DNA from: an uncultured Phycisphaerales bacterium
Lineage (GTDB): Bacteria > Planctomycetota > Phycisphaerae > Tepidisphaerales > Tepidisphaeraceae
Reading direction: 5' to 3'
NCBI GenBank assembly: GCA_963791055.1
Contig: CAWBQI010000003.1
Span: 804,570 to 868,569 of the forward strand
DNA length: 64,000 nt
Shown here: positions 1 through 9,670 of the stretch, in pieces
How the letters are laid out: every line of letters begins with the position of its first letter
How positions within the stretch are numbered: position 1 is the stretch's first letter
Made by a program: the position numbers and the translations under genes
The notes under the pieces: model-generated
Database searches by the model: none
What the model saw: the letters and a program-made list of their open reading frames with translations, nothing else
Told to the model about the DNA's origin: nothing

Positions 1-1432
1 GCGTGACATCCGCCCGCGTGACCGGGATGTCAGAAAGCTCCGCCAACAGACCGGCACGCCGATTTTCGTCGGGCACCGCCAGGATTTTCCTGCTCGCATC
101 AACGAGATCGTCGCGGCAATCGATCCACGCGGCGGCCCAGATTTGCGGCAACTCGGCGAATGTCCCCATCCATTCTCCGCGCTGATTAAACCCTCCGGCG
201 CTTTCGAAATAGTTGATGTCGTCCGCCCACCCGGTGCGATTCAGATATACGCTTTGCCGGATCGGCGAACGGTGCAGCGCTACCGCCCGCGGCCCGCCAG
301 GCTCGCCCGGTTTTAGAATCCACAGCTTTTGCCCCTCGGGACTGAGAAGAAATTCGATGAAATGGTTGGCCAGTTCCAGTTGTTTTCCGTGGCAGCCGTA
401 GAGAATCGCGATTGGGTCGGGCGTGATCGCAGTTGCGGCGCGCGGCGTGATGAAGGTGGCTCGATCCGATCCCACGGATTGTTCGGTGACGCGCCCGTAA
501 AAATCGATCGCCATTCCCGCCGCGGCATCGCCGCCGGCGACGTCGTTGGGGGGCTGCGTCGAGGAGTCGCTGAAATATCGCGCATTGGCCGCAATCAGCA
601 CGAGCCGCCGCATCCCCTCTTTCCAGCCGGCGTCCAGTGCAGCCTGGTATTGCGGTGCGGATTTCAATTGCGCCACCGTTTTTCCCACATTTTCCGGCCT
701 ATGGAGAAATTCACTTTCGGAATCCGCCATCGCGCGCTGAATCACCATCATATACGCCACCGCCGCCGAACCACTGTGCGACGGGTCGGCCAGCGACAGT
801 CCGGAGAAGAGCCGCGGATCGGCCAAATCGCTCCACGTTTTCGGCGGCGCAAGATCAAGCGACCGGTAAAGATCCGGATTGTAAATGATCCCGAAACTGC
901 TGAGGCAGACTCCCAACCATCGCGGCGGAAGCGGGTTGCCTGATTTGTCCCTGTCCTGATCGTACAACTTCACGCCCGCCAGCGCGCGCTGCGGGAAGAC
1001 CTCCAACAAAAACGTCGGACTCAAATCCAACGCATGCAGGATGCCCAGCGGTTTCAGCTTGGAATTGAATTCAAAATCGCCCCCGCCCCAGACTATGTCG
1101 ATGCCGGTGTCGATCTGATCTTCCGGCGGAAGCGCTCCGCCGTGGTTATCGCGGATCGCGCGATAAATCGTGTCGAGTTGCCGCCGGACATCGGTGGTAC
1201 CGCCGGGCGTGAGAAAAACCAGTTCGACAGGCACGCCGTACTTCTGCCGGTGCCAATCGGCGAATGCCCAGCGGAATTCATTGCGAATTTCCTGCCCGTG
1301 CGGCGAGATGATGACGAGCTTTTCCCCGGATCCCGTCTCCTCCCCGCTCCCTGCCTGGTTCCGCAGCGCCCGCGCCAGCACCGGGCCTATCAGCACCGCG
1401 AAAAACAGGAGGATGAACCCGTATTTCCTCAT
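1..1432 (-). CDS. ABC transporter periplasmic substrate-binding protein (iron(III)/solute-binding family 1-like); 3' part runs off the window start
   Basis: Continuous minus-strand frame from ATG (complement 1430-1432) to the window edge, about 477 aa with no stop. N-terminal signal peptide MRKYGFILLFFAVLIGPVLA. Sits directly downstream of the ABC ATPase. Missing from the ORF track only because there is no in-window stop. Confidence 0.7.
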   Translation of the reverse strand, partial: MRKYGFILLFFAVLIGPVLARALRNQAGSGEETGSGEKLVIISPHGQEIRNEFRWAFADWHRQKYGVPVELVFLTPGGTTDVRRQLDTIYRAIRDNHGGALPPEDQIDTGIDIVWGGGDFEFNSKLKPLGILHALDLSPTFLLEVFPQRALAGVKLYDQDRDKSGNPLPPRWLGVCLSSFGIIYNPDLYRSLDLAPPKTWSDLADPRLFSGLSLADPSHSGSAAVAYMMVIQRAMADSESEFLHRPENVGKTVAQLKSAPQYQAALDAGWKEGMRRLVLIAANARYFSDSSTQPPNDVAGGDAAAGMAIDFYGRVTEQSVGSDRATFITPRAATAITPDPIAILYGCHGKQLELANHFIEFLLSPEGQKLWILKPGEPGGPRAVALHRSPIRQSVYLNRTGWADDINYFESAGGFNQRGEWMGTFAELPQIWAAAWIDCRDDLVDASRKILAVPDENRRAGLLAELSDIPVTRADVT

Positions 1433-1438
1433 CGGAAT

Positions 1439-2494
1439 TCATTCGGGCAGAATGACGCAATCTTTTGGATCGATCTCCAACGTTATCTCTCCCGCCGCGC
1501 CCAGAATCGGCGGAGAACTGCTTACTTTCAGCCGCTGTCCGTCGATCGTGACGATATGTTCGGATGCCTCCCCGAGAAACGTGTTCTCGAAAACCGTCGC
1601 CGTCAGGTAATTTGCGTGCGGCGATCGCGCTGAACCCGGGCCCAGGAGGTGGATCTTTTCCGGCCGGATGCTGATCAGGACTTCGCCCGCCGCCACGCGG
1701 GCATCACCCGCCGCCAGTAAGGCGCCGATCGCCGTCTGCACGCGCCGCCTTCCATTGGTCTCGGAAATGACTGTTCCCCGCAACAGATTCGTCTGACCGA
1801 TGAAATCCGCGACGAAGCTGTTGCACGGCTTGTCATACAATTCGGCCGGCGATCCCGCTTGGGCGATCCGGCCCTCTTTCATCAGGATAATCCGGTCCGC
1901 GATGGACAGCGCCTCTTTCTGATCGTGCGTCACGTAAATCGTGGTATATCCGCTGGATTTGCAGATTCGGCGAATTTCGCCGCGCATCTCAAGACGCAGC
2001 TTGGCGTCGAGATTGGAAAGCGGTTCGTCCAGCAGCAGGCATTTCGGCCCAACCGCCAAGGCGCGGGCCAGCGCCGCCCGCTGCTGCTGGCCGCCCGAAA
2101 GAGTGTTGGGCTTTCGGTCGGCGAGATGATCGAGTTGCACCAGACGCAAAGCTTCGGTCGTCCGTGCTGCGTCATCCCCGTTGCCGCGCATTTCCAGCCC
2201 GAAGGCCACGTTTTGCCGGATCGTCATGTGCGGCCAAAGGGCGTAGTTCTGGAAACACATCACCGCGTTCCGCTGTTCGGTGCGAAGGCTTGTCACGTCC
2301 CGATCGTCAAAGAGAATTCGCCCGCCCGTCGGCTCCATCAATCCGGCGATGATCCTCAAAAGAGTCGTTTTGCCGCATCCGCTCGGGCCAAGCAGAAACA
2401 ACAATTCCCCCGCCGGGATCTTTATGTTGATGTCATCCAGCGCCGTTGCCGAACCGAAGCGCTTGTTGATATGCTGTATTTCAATCGAGGTCAT
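1439..2494 (-). CDS. ABC transporter ATP-binding protein (PotA/FbpC-type with C-terminal TOBE-like domain)
   Basis: Walker A GPSGCGKTT, signature LSGGQQQR, Walker B LLLDEP, and a C-terminal regulatory domain. 351 aa. Confidence 0.9.
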   Translation of the reverse strand: MTSIEIQHINKRFGSATALDDINIKIPAGELLFLLGPSGCGKTTLLRIIAGLMEPTGGRILFDDRDVTSLRTEQRNAVMCFQNYALWPHMTIRQNVAFGLEMRGNGDDAARTTEALRLVQLDHLADRKPNTLSGGQQQRAALARALAVGPKCLLLDEPLSNLDAKLRLEMRGEIRRICKSSGYTTIYVTHDQKEALSIADRIILMKEGRIAQAGSPAELYDKPCNSFVADFIGQTNLLRGTVISETNGRRRVQTAIGALLAAGDARVAAGEVLISIRPEKIHLLGPGSARSPHANYLTATVFENTFLGEASEHIVTIDGQRLKVSSSPPILGAAGEITLEIDPKDCVILPE

Positions 2495-2572
2495 CGGAGT
2501 CGCGGGATTGTAATCGAAGAATTTGCGGATAATGTAAAAGTTTTCGTGTTTTGATCGATTCCAAGCGTTTCC

Positions 2573-3286
2573 ATGAAATTTGCAACCATCATATTTGCTT
2601 TTTTGTTGGCGGTCTCCTCCGCCCGCGGCCAGACGACCCTACCATCGCCCGCCGATGATCCACCCGCTCCGGCCGCCATGGCGCCGTCCTATATCTCCAT
2701 CGGCAAGGAACTGCGCTTGCGGCTCGCGCTGATGCGCCGGACCCTGAACGATCTATCGCTCAATGCGGCGATCAAGCAACACGCCAACCAGATTCTCGAT
2801 TCCGCCGATGCCGATCTACAGCAGCTCCTCGTCGAGGTTCAGTCCGGCCGGATGCCTGGCTATCATCGCCTGATGTCCGTTCCGGACAAACTTCGCGCGG
2901 CCCGGGCCAATCTTATGGCGGTCATCGGCCCCGATCAGAGCGATCTCCTCGAGGAAAAACTCCGCTCCCTGCGCGGCGAAGCGCGAAATCAACTCGGCTG
3001 GCTGAATCAGCAGGTTTCTGATCTCGACCTCTCCGACGGTGCCGGCCGTCCCTGCGAAAAGATTCTGGCTGAAACCGACGCAGCCGTCGAAAAGCTGCCG
3101 GACACGGACGTTCAGGGAGATCAATACGCCAGCGCCCGAGCCGCCATGGACAAGCTTTTCGCTCGGGCACACGATGCCCTGGCCAAAATTCTGACCTCGG
3201 GGGAATTGATGCGTCTGGGCCCGCATTTCGCCGAGCTTGCCGCCCGCCCGACCGTAGCGACCACCCAGCCCGCTTCGGGAAGTTGA
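2573..3286 (+). CDS. secreted hypothetical protein (signal peptide, helical)
   Basis: N-terminal MKFATIIFAFLLAVSSARGQ signal peptide. 237 aa with unbiased composition. Confidence 0.55.
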   Translation: MKFATIIFAFLLAVSSARGQTTLPSPADDPPAPAAMAPSYISIGKELRLRLALMRRTLNDLSLNAAIKQHANQILDSADADLQQLLVEVQSGRMPGYHRLMSVPDKLRAARANLMAVIGPDQSDLLEEKLRSLRGEARNQLGWLNQQVSDLDLSDGAGRPCEKILAETDAAVEKLPDTDVQGDQYASARAAMDKLFARAHDALAKILTSGELMRLGPHFAELAARPTVATTQPASGS

Positions 3287-3298
3287 TACGCTCCAGGT

Positions 3299-3661
3299 TC
3301 ACATATCCTCAAGATTCCTGACGATCTGGCTCCCATCCTGCAACTGAGAAAAATCCGGCGGCTTCTCCGGTGGCGGCATAGCCGACTGCTTTGCCTCTCG
3401 ATGAAATCGGATCGCCAACCGAAGGAAATAACCGCCCAGAACCAACAGTGCCATGGAACAAAACAGATACAGAATCGCGACGAACACACCCCGGAGATTA
3501 ACCGGCGCCGGCCACCGACGAAACGCGTCAAAGACCAGCTCCGCCGCCCCCACAACGCAACCGCCCAACGCGATCACACAATACGACCGGCTGCGAATCG
3601 CGCCGCGGCGCAATGACGCCATCTGGCTGATGCGGTTGGAGTTGAGATGGTCATCTGACAT
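3299..3661 (-). CDS. hypothetical small membrane protein
   Basis: 120-aa ORF with two predicted TM segments. No recognizable family. Confidence 0.35.
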   Translation of the reverse strand: MSDDHLNSNRISQMASLRRGAIRSRSYCVIALGGCVVGAAELVFDAFRRWPAPVNLRGVFVAILYLFCSMALLVLGGYFLRLAIRFHREAKQSAMPPPEKPPDFSQLQDGSQIVRNLEDM

Positions 3662-3673
3662 CGAGCAAGAATT

Positions 3674-3709
3674 GAAATTTCAAATCTCAAATTTCAAATC
3701 TCAAATTTT
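3674..3709 (-). repeat. AT-rich heptanucleotide tandem array (AAATTTGAGATTTGA units on the minus strand) 12 nt after the sucD stop
   Basis: Read directly: gaaatttcaaatctcaaatttcaaatctcaaatttt. The same array and spacing recur at 27504-27547 and a related one at 60710-60770. Confidence 0.8.
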
Positions 3710-3721
3710 GACCCTCCACCC

Positions 3722-4627
3722 TCACCCACCCACTCCCAGCACCTTCGCCATCGTCTGCCCAATCGTCGCCGGACTATCGGCCACCGAGATATTCGCCGCC
3801 TTGAGCGCCGCAATTTTAGATTCCGCCGTCCCCTCGCCTCCGCTGATGATCGCACCGGCATGCCCCATCCGCCGCCCAGGCGGCGCCGTTCGCCCTGCGA
3901 TGAAAGCAACCACCGGCTTCTTTACATTTTTCTTGACGAACACCGCCGCCCCTTCCTCGTCGGTGCCGCCGATCTCGCCGATCAGAATGATCCCATCCGT
4001 CTGCCCATCTTTGGCAAAAAGATCAAGCAATTCGATGAAATTAAGCCCCTTGACCGGATCGCCCCCGATCCCCACGCACGTCGTCTGACCGATCCCCCGC
4101 GTGCTGCATTGCCAGACCGCTTCGTACGTCAGCGTCCCGCTCCGGCTGATGATCCCCACCTTCTTCCCGCTCTTGGCTTCCCCCGGCGGAGTATGAATAT
4201 ACCCCGGCATGATCCCGATCTTGCACTCCCCCACCGTGATGATCCCCGGACAATTCGGCCCAATCAAAACCGATTTCGGCTTATCCTTCAGATACGCCTT
4301 CACCCCGATCATATCCAGAACCGGAATCCCCTCGGTAATCGCCACAATCCCCGCGATCCCCGCATCAGCCGCCTCCATGATCGCATCCGCCGCGAACGGC
4401 GGCGGAACAAAAATCATCGTCGCATCCGCCCCCGTCGCATCGACCGCCTGCCGAACCGTATCAAACACCGGCAACCCATTGGCATCCTTCGTCCCCCCCT
4501 TGCCGGGAGTGACGCCGCCGACCATCTTCGTTCCATAATCCAGGCATCCCTTGGTGTGAAACGCACCAGCCGCGCCAGTGATCCCCTGACAGATGACCTT
4601 CGTTTTGGCGTTAACCAGAATACTCAT
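3722..4627 (-). CDS. sucD: succinyl-CoA synthetase alpha subunit
   Basis: Full-length match to SucD hallmarks (CoA-binding Rossmann fold, GxxGxxG, phospho-His loop region GHAGA). 301 aa. No sucC adjacent. Confidence 0.95.
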   Translation of the reverse strand: MSILVNAKTKVICQGITGAAGAFHTKGCLDYGTKMVGGVTPGKGGTKDANGLPVFDTVRQAVDATGADATMIFVPPPFAADAIMEAADAGIAGIVAITEGIPVLDMIGVKAYLKDKPKSVLIGPNCPGIITVGECKIGIMPGYIHTPPGEAKSGKKVGIISRSGTLTYEAVWQCSTRGIGQTTCVGIGGDPVKGLNFIELLDLFAKDGQTDGIILIGEIGGTDEEGAAVFVKKNVKKPVVAFIAGRTAPPGRRMGHAGAIISGGEGTAESKIAALKAANISVADSPATIGQTMAKVLGVGG

Positions 4628-4734
4628 GCGAAATCATTCCTGCGAAGCCGGGGGAAGAGCGTATAGCGTGTGGGGATGGATTGCAAAAATGGGAGACCGC
4701 GTTGTTCGCTTGCATTCTAGACCAATGGCCGCGG

Positions 4735-5040
4735 CTATTGCGATTGTTTTGCCATCACTAGTCTCAAACCTTTCGCCACCATTTCAGATCGCTTGAGTTT
4801 GTGTCGCTGCGCAAAGGCATCAGCCCGACTCAACAATTCCCGCTCGATGCTCACAGGAACGATCTTGGCCCCCTTGCCGATCATCGGCCGGCCGCGCGCC
4901 TTTCGGTGGAGGGCGCGGTCCTTAGCCGTTAGCGGCTTGCCCGGCAGGCCGGGGCCGGTCCATTCGCGGTCGTATTCCTTCGTCGCTTCGCGTAGCTCCG
5001 GGGTCGTCATCTCTGAATAGCGTTTGCGCTTGTGCATCAA
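4735..5040 (-). CDS. brnA: BrnA-like antitoxin (ribbon-helix-helix, CopG-like)
   Basis: 101 aa, overlaps the upstream BrnT-like gene by 4 nt. Basic C-terminal RHH-like region. Confidence 0.55.
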   Translation of the reverse strand: MMHKRKRYSEMTTPELREATKEYDREWTGPGLPGKPLTAKDRALHRKARGRPMIGKGAKIVPVSIERELLSRADAFAQRHKLKRSEMVAKGLRLVMAKQSQ

Positions 5041-5306
5041 TTACTCCTTTGCCGCAAACGGCGTTTCTCCGTGTCGGTCAGGGGCCGCGCATGGATCACA
5101 TAAATCACGCCCGGCGGATCGAATATATAAACCACCTGAAGATATCGGCCATCGTTTGTGCGCCCCCAAACTCGAAACTTTTCATCTGCTTCTCGCCGGG
5201 GAAAACCTTTTGCCGGATGCCTAACGATAAACTCCGCCTCGGTCCACTCGATGCCATGCTCGCCAATGTGGTCTAGATTCCCTGTGTTCCAGCGAAATTC
5301 ATACAT
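5037..5306 (-). CDS. brnT: BrnT family toxin (DUF497 ribonuclease toxin)
   Basis: 89 aa. F-W-D/N...HGI/V..EA..F-like N-terminus and a G(R)xLxVVY...IHARP C-terminal pattern typical of BrnT/COG2929. Confidence 0.65.
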   Translation of the reverse strand: MYEFRWNTGNLDHIGEHGIEWTEAEFIVRHPAKGFPRREADEKFRVWGRTNDGRYLQVVYIFDPPGVIYVIHARPLTDTEKRRLRQRSN

Positions 5307-5402
5307 TCGACAAATTGATTATATAATAAATTAAGGGGTTGGGCAAGTCGTTTATGAGCTGACCGCTGACGAAATCCCAAGTGGCAGGAAAAGACAGAAT
5401 GC

Positions 5403-7391
5403 TCATCGCCCAGCATCATCGACAATCTCCAGCTTCGCGCTATCCACGTCCACCCACATGCTCCCTCGCCCGTTCAGCATAACGCCCCACTGAATCTTCA
5501 CCGCCTCCGCCGGAACATTCGCAAACGCGATATACAGTTTCCAGTCCACTGTCCCCCGCACGGGCCGGTGCGACCGCTGGCCATCGTCCGCGATCTGCTT
5601 CCCATCGGCATCAAACACACGGATGCGGATTCCGCCGTCGTTCACAACTCCCTCCGCCTTGATCCAGGCCGACACGCGGATCCGATGCCCCACATATTGC
5701 CCAATCGAGCTTTCGACGCGCGCATATTTTCCCGTCGAAGTCCTCGGCGCCGAATCCGAAGAAATCCGCAGCGTCGAGTGCCCATCATGCTGAGTCTGCG
5801 CATCCATCGCCACCGCGTATTGCTCCGGCGTATCGCTGATAAACTCCCACCCCTCGTCCCCACCCGCGACCGGCTGAGAATTCACCGGCAAGATGGAAAC
5901 GTCCATCCCATTACGAATCCCGTTCCGCACTTCCAATTGCCGCTGGCCCTGATTCATTGCGCGATTTGCATCCGCCGGCGTCCTCAGCCCACCCTCGGCG
6001 ATTCGTTTCGCCACGCTGTCCAGGTTCTGGCCCATCTGCTCCAGCAACCGCACGTTCCGGCTCGTAGGATCCGCCGGGGCGGCGTCACTGGAGCTCACCT
6101 TAACCCGCATTGAGTGGTCGATGTCGAACCTCCAATCGTCCCCCTGCTTCACGAATCGAATCGCCGCTCCCGACCATTCCGAAGCCACGTGCCGCGCTAC
6201 CTCCGGCAGCATCGCCAAAATCGCCGGTGGGACCTGGGTCGAAAACTCAGCCGTGTCCGCCGTCACGTTCTTTTTCCCCGGCCCCGTGGCGGCCATCATG
6301 TCCATCACCGCGTCAACCGTCAGGAGCTGATTTATTTGACTGACTTGCGTCCCATACGCCTGACGCACTGCCGCCATCATGCGGTTTTCCGCCAATTCCC
6401 AGTCAAGCGCCCCATCGATAGGCAACGGCTCCCGATTCGCATCCACCGCCAGACACCGATACAGCGCCGCCCGATCCCCCGCCTTCAGCGCCGCAACCAC
6501 AGCCCCATACGCCTTCTCCGGCGTCGAAAGATCAATCGCCGGCAACGTCATCGACGCCGCTGGCACCGAAGGCGTTTCCGCCACATCCGGACCCTGAACC
6601 GCCGGCGACGAATTCTCCGCCAGCGTCCGCGAAATCATCCATCCGCTGGTTCCGAGTGCCGCTACGATGAGAGTAATGGCCGCGGCGATTTTGAATTTGG
6701 TGAGAATCATCATGGTCTGCGTTCCTTTTGCTATCGCGACACTGGCGGCGGCGCCATGCGAACCGGCATGACAGACTTGAAGGATGCCCTGCGTCATGGC
6801 ATCACGCGCGGCCGGCGTCAGGACGGCCCCGCGGAGTTGTTCGATCAATATCGGGCCCAGGGCGGCGGAGGTGGCTGCGATTCCCCGTCGCGAAAAATAT
6901 TGCCGGAGCTTTTCGACGCCGCGGTTGACGCGCTTCCGGGCGGCCTCCTCGGACACCCCAAGCTTTTCCGCCACCTCGCCGATCGGTTGTTCGTTGAGGT
7001 AGCGGAGAACCAGAGCCTCGCGTTCGGCCGATTTGAGATGGCAGAGCGCGTCATCGAGCAGATCTTCGCTCGGTGTATCGGTTGTGGTGGTTTGGTTCAT
7101 GGCGACAACCTGCTCACGGCGCTGACGGCGTTGTTGGCTTCTTCGGATATTCGCGCAGGCATACCGGGATGTGGTCAGCAGCCATCCGGTAAGATAAGCC
7201 TGCTGCAAAGCCCCCGCCTTTTGGCTCAGCAGGATGAAAACGGCTTGCGTCGCATCCTCCGCGAGATGACGGTCTTTCAACTGGCGGAGGCAGGCCGAAT
7301 AAACCAGCCCGACATATTGGTCAACGAGGCCCTTGAAGGCGTCGTCGGAACGGCTCCTCGCATATTCCTGAATTAGTTGCGAATCATCCAT
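5403..7391 (-). CDS. ECF (sigma-70 family) sigma factor with transmembrane helix and long extracytoplasmic C-terminal extension
   Basis: N-terminal 200 aa has sigma region 2 and region 4 (helix-turn-helix PIGEVAEKLGVSEEAARKRVNRG). This is followed by the Planctomycete-type LRQYFSRRGIAATSAALG segment, a TM helix ILTKFKIAAAITLIVAALGTSGWMI, and about 400 aa extracytoplasmic domain. Confidence 0.8.
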   Translation of the reverse strand: MDDSQLIQEYARSRSDDAFKGLVDQYVGLVYSACLRQLKDRHLAEDATQAVFILLSQKAGALQQAYLTGWLLTTSRYACANIRRSQQRRQRREQVVAMNQTTTTDTPSEDLLDDALCHLKSAEREALVLRYLNEQPIGEVAEKLGVSEEAARKRVNRGVEKLRQYFSRRGIAATSAALGPILIEQLRGAVLTPAARDAMTQGILQVCHAGSHGAAASVAIAKGTQTMMILTKFKIAAAITLIVAALGTSGWMISRTLAENSSPAVQGPDVAETPSVPAASMTLPAIDLSTPEKAYGAVVAALKAGDRAALYRCLAVDANREPLPIDGALDWELAENRMMAAVRQAYGTQVSQINQLLTVDAVMDMMAATGPGKKNVTADTAEFSTQVPPAILAMLPEVARHVASEWSGAAIRFVKQGDDWRFDIDHSMRVKVSSSDAAPADPTSRNVRLLEQMGQNLDSVAKRIAEGGLRTPADANRAMNQGQRQLEVRNGIRNGMDVSILPVNSQPVAGGDEGWEFISDTPEQYAVAMDAQTQHDGHSTLRISSDSAPRTSTGKYARVESSIGQYVGHRIRVSAWIKAEGVVNDGGIRIRVFDADGKQIADDGQRSHRPVRGTVDWKLYIAFANVPAEAVKIQWGVMLNGRGSMWVDVDSAKLEIVDDAGR

Positions 7392-7546
7392 TACGCCCGC
7401 TTTCTCCGTCCTTCAGGCAAGCAATGTGCACCGTGACCGGGAAACGGACAAATATATCGAAATGTTTGTGCGATGAGTGCCGGATGCGGCCACGGCATGA
7501 CCCCCCGGCTTTGTCATAGTTTTCGCCGCTTGCTACGCTTTGCCGA

Positions 7547-8443
7547 ATGGATCGGATTTGGGCGGCAATCCTTTTGATCTTACTGCTGGCGCCCTCGGCC
7601 ATTGCAGATGAATCCACAACCCGGCCAATGCCCGGGGTCGCCTTGGAGCAAGATGTCCAAACCGATCCGCCGATGCGGTTTTACGTTGTAACCGTGGATT
7701 TGACGAATCCGAGGATTCATTTGAAGGTTTCACGGGCCGGCGATTGGCAGCATTTGCCGCCGCCTTGGGAAGTGAAGTTGATGCCCATCAGTGAGATGGC
7801 CCAGCGCGACGGCTTCAGCGTGGCGGTAAATGGGAATCTGTTCGAATGCAGGCTTTCAGCAACGATTCTGGGCGTGAAATTCCCATATTTTTGGGGAAAC
7901 TGGGCGCGGACCAGCGGATGGGCGATGAGCGATGGACTCCTGTTTTCAGGGTCGCCGGCGGATATGAGCTGGCCAAGCCTGATTGTGAACGATCGGGGAG
8001 AGGTGAACATCGGCCGGTTGGAACGGATTCCATTGGACGCCCGGCAGATCGTTTCGGGGATTTGGCAGATCGTCACCAATGGCCTGGACACCGTCGGCGG
8101 CGATGCGGGCCGCTCCGGCGAGCTCGCCCCCCACGCCGCGGTGGGAATCAATAGGGACGGGAAAACGCTCCTGTTTTTCGTCGTCGATGGAAGACGGCCG
8201 GCATATTCAGTCGGGATGAGCTGGCATCAGATCGCCCGCGAAATGATCGCCCGGGGAGCGTGGAACGCATTGTTATTGGACGGCGGCGGCAGCACGACGC
8301 TGGTTATGCGGAACCAACGGGGAAAGGCCGATGTTGTTAACCTGCCCAGCGATGGGCACGATCTTCCAGGTGCGCCGTCGATCCAGCGCTGCGTCGCCGA
8401 TGCGCTGGGGGTCGTTATCGACGGCGTGACAACTCAACCGTGA
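7547..8443 (+). CDS. phosphodiester glycosidase family protein (NAGPA uncovering-enzyme-like, DUF2233), secreted
   Basis: Signal peptide MDRIWAAILLILLLAPSAIA. LLDGGGSTTL motif and overall length typical of the phosphodiester glycosidase domain. Confidence 0.65.
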   Translation: MDRIWAAILLILLLAPSAIADESTTRPMPGVALEQDVQTDPPMRFYVVTVDLTNPRIHLKVSRAGDWQHLPPPWEVKLMPISEMAQRDGFSVAVNGNLFECRLSATILGVKFPYFWGNWARTSGWAMSDGLLFSGSPADMSWPSLIVNDRGEVNIGRLERIPLDARQIVSGIWQIVTNGLDTVGGDAGRSGELAPHAAVGINRDGKTLLFFVVDGRRPAYSVGMSWHQIAREMIARGAWNALLLDGGGSTTLVMRNQRGKADVVNLPSDGHDLPGAPSIQRCVADALGVVIDGVTTQP

Positions 8444-9576
8444 GCATTGAACCAGATATCCAGCCCGGACCCGAAGTTTCGGTGATCGTTCCCACGATCA
8501 ACGAGTCGGAGAATCTCCCGGCCCTGTTGGAGCGAATCAGCGCGGCATTGTCCGGCGTGGATTTCGAAGTCCTGATCGTCGACGACAACAGCAAGGACGC
8601 AACGCCCGCGGTGTGTGCCGAACTGGCCAAGCGATATCCCCTGAAACTGATGGTGCGCACGCAACCAACCAACGGCCTAAGCGGCGCCGTTCTTCACGGC
8701 ATGGCCGCCGCGCGGGGGAAATTTCTTTGCGTCATGGATGCCGACCTGCAGCACCCGCCGGAAAAACTCCCGGAATTGCTTCACCCGCTGCGCAGCGGCG
8801 AAGCGGATTTTGTGCTGGGCTCGCGCTACATGCCTGGAGGAAGCACCGATGGCGAATGGGGACTATTGCGAAAAATCAATTCACAAGCCGCGACCCTGCT
8901 GGCGCGCCCGTTCGCCGGCAACGCGACCGATCCAATGGCCGGTTTTTTCGCGCTCAGGCGGGAGACATATCAGGGGGCCAGGAACCTTACGCCGCTAGGC
9001 TACAAAATCGCTCTGGAGTTGATGTGCAAATGCCGGGTGCAAAACGTCCGGGAGATACCCATTCACTTCGGTATGCGGCTCAAGGGCCAGTCCAAGCTTA
9101 CGCTGAAACAACAGTTTCGATACCTCGAACATCTCAGCCGATTATACGATTTCACGTTTCCCCGCGCTTCGCCCGTAGTGAAGTTTCTAATCGCCACCGG
9201 AGCAAGCTGGCTGGCCGGTCTGGCGGCATTTTTGTTGTCGGTTCATGCCGGATTGGGATCGATCCAATCCATTGCTATTGCGTATGCGCCAGCGCTCTTG
9301 GTGACGGCGATCTTCCACATCCGCTACGTCCGGACCCAGCGCGAATTTCTACCCCGGCAAACTCCCTGGCTGGATTTCACAGTGATCGCGGCCGCCGAGT
9401 GGATCGCGGCGATTCTCGTCGCTTGCTGGGTGAGCGCGCGAATGTTTCAACCCGGAATTATCGAGACTTTCGCTATCTGTTTCGGATTCGCGACCGTCAC
9501 GCGCTATATATTGCGGAAGGAATTCCTGCAGGACATCAGAGGGCTTCGCAAGGAGTTGCCGAGGGAAACGAAGTGA
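8440..9576 (+). CDS. GT2 polyprenyl-phosphate mannose/glycose synthase (Dpm1-like) fused to a C-terminal GtrA-like 4-TM domain
   Basis: VSVIVPTINESENL, DDNSKD and MDADLQHPP (DXD) motifs. C-terminal four TM helices. GTGA start/stop overlap with the upstream gene. Confidence 0.85.
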   Translation: MSIEPDIQPGPEVSVIVPTINESENLPALLERISAALSGVDFEVLIVDDNSKDATPAVCAELAKRYPLKLMVRTQPTNGLSGAVLHGMAAARGKFLCVMDADLQHPPEKLPELLHPLRSGEADFVLGSRYMPGGSTDGEWGLLRKINSQAATLLARPFAGNATDPMAGFFALRRETYQGARNLTPLGYKIALELMCKCRVQNVREIPIHFGMRLKGQSKLTLKQQFRYLEHLSRLYDFTFPRASPVVKFLIATGASWLAGLAAFLLSVHAGLGSIQSIAIAYAPALLVTAIFHIRYVRTQREFLPRQTPWLDFTVIAAAEWIAAILVACWVSARMFQPGIIETFAICFGFATVTRYILRKEFLQDIRGLRKELPRETK

Positions 9577-9670
9577 GTTGAAAATGCGAGGGGTGCAATG
9601 CTCCAAGCGATTGTGGCTACGGCACCTAGTCCAAAATTAATAACTTGTCTGGAAATTGGAATTCACAAAT

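Noticed and set aside
4628-4734. Expected sucC next to sucD
   Set aside because: Not present. The upstream neighbour is the BrnTA module, so the beta subunit must be encoded elsewhere.
6114-7376. 420-aa plus-strand ORF, extremely Arg-rich
   Set aside because: Antisense to the well-supported ECF sigma gene, with low-complexity R/P/H composition typical of spurious ORFs in high-GC DNA.
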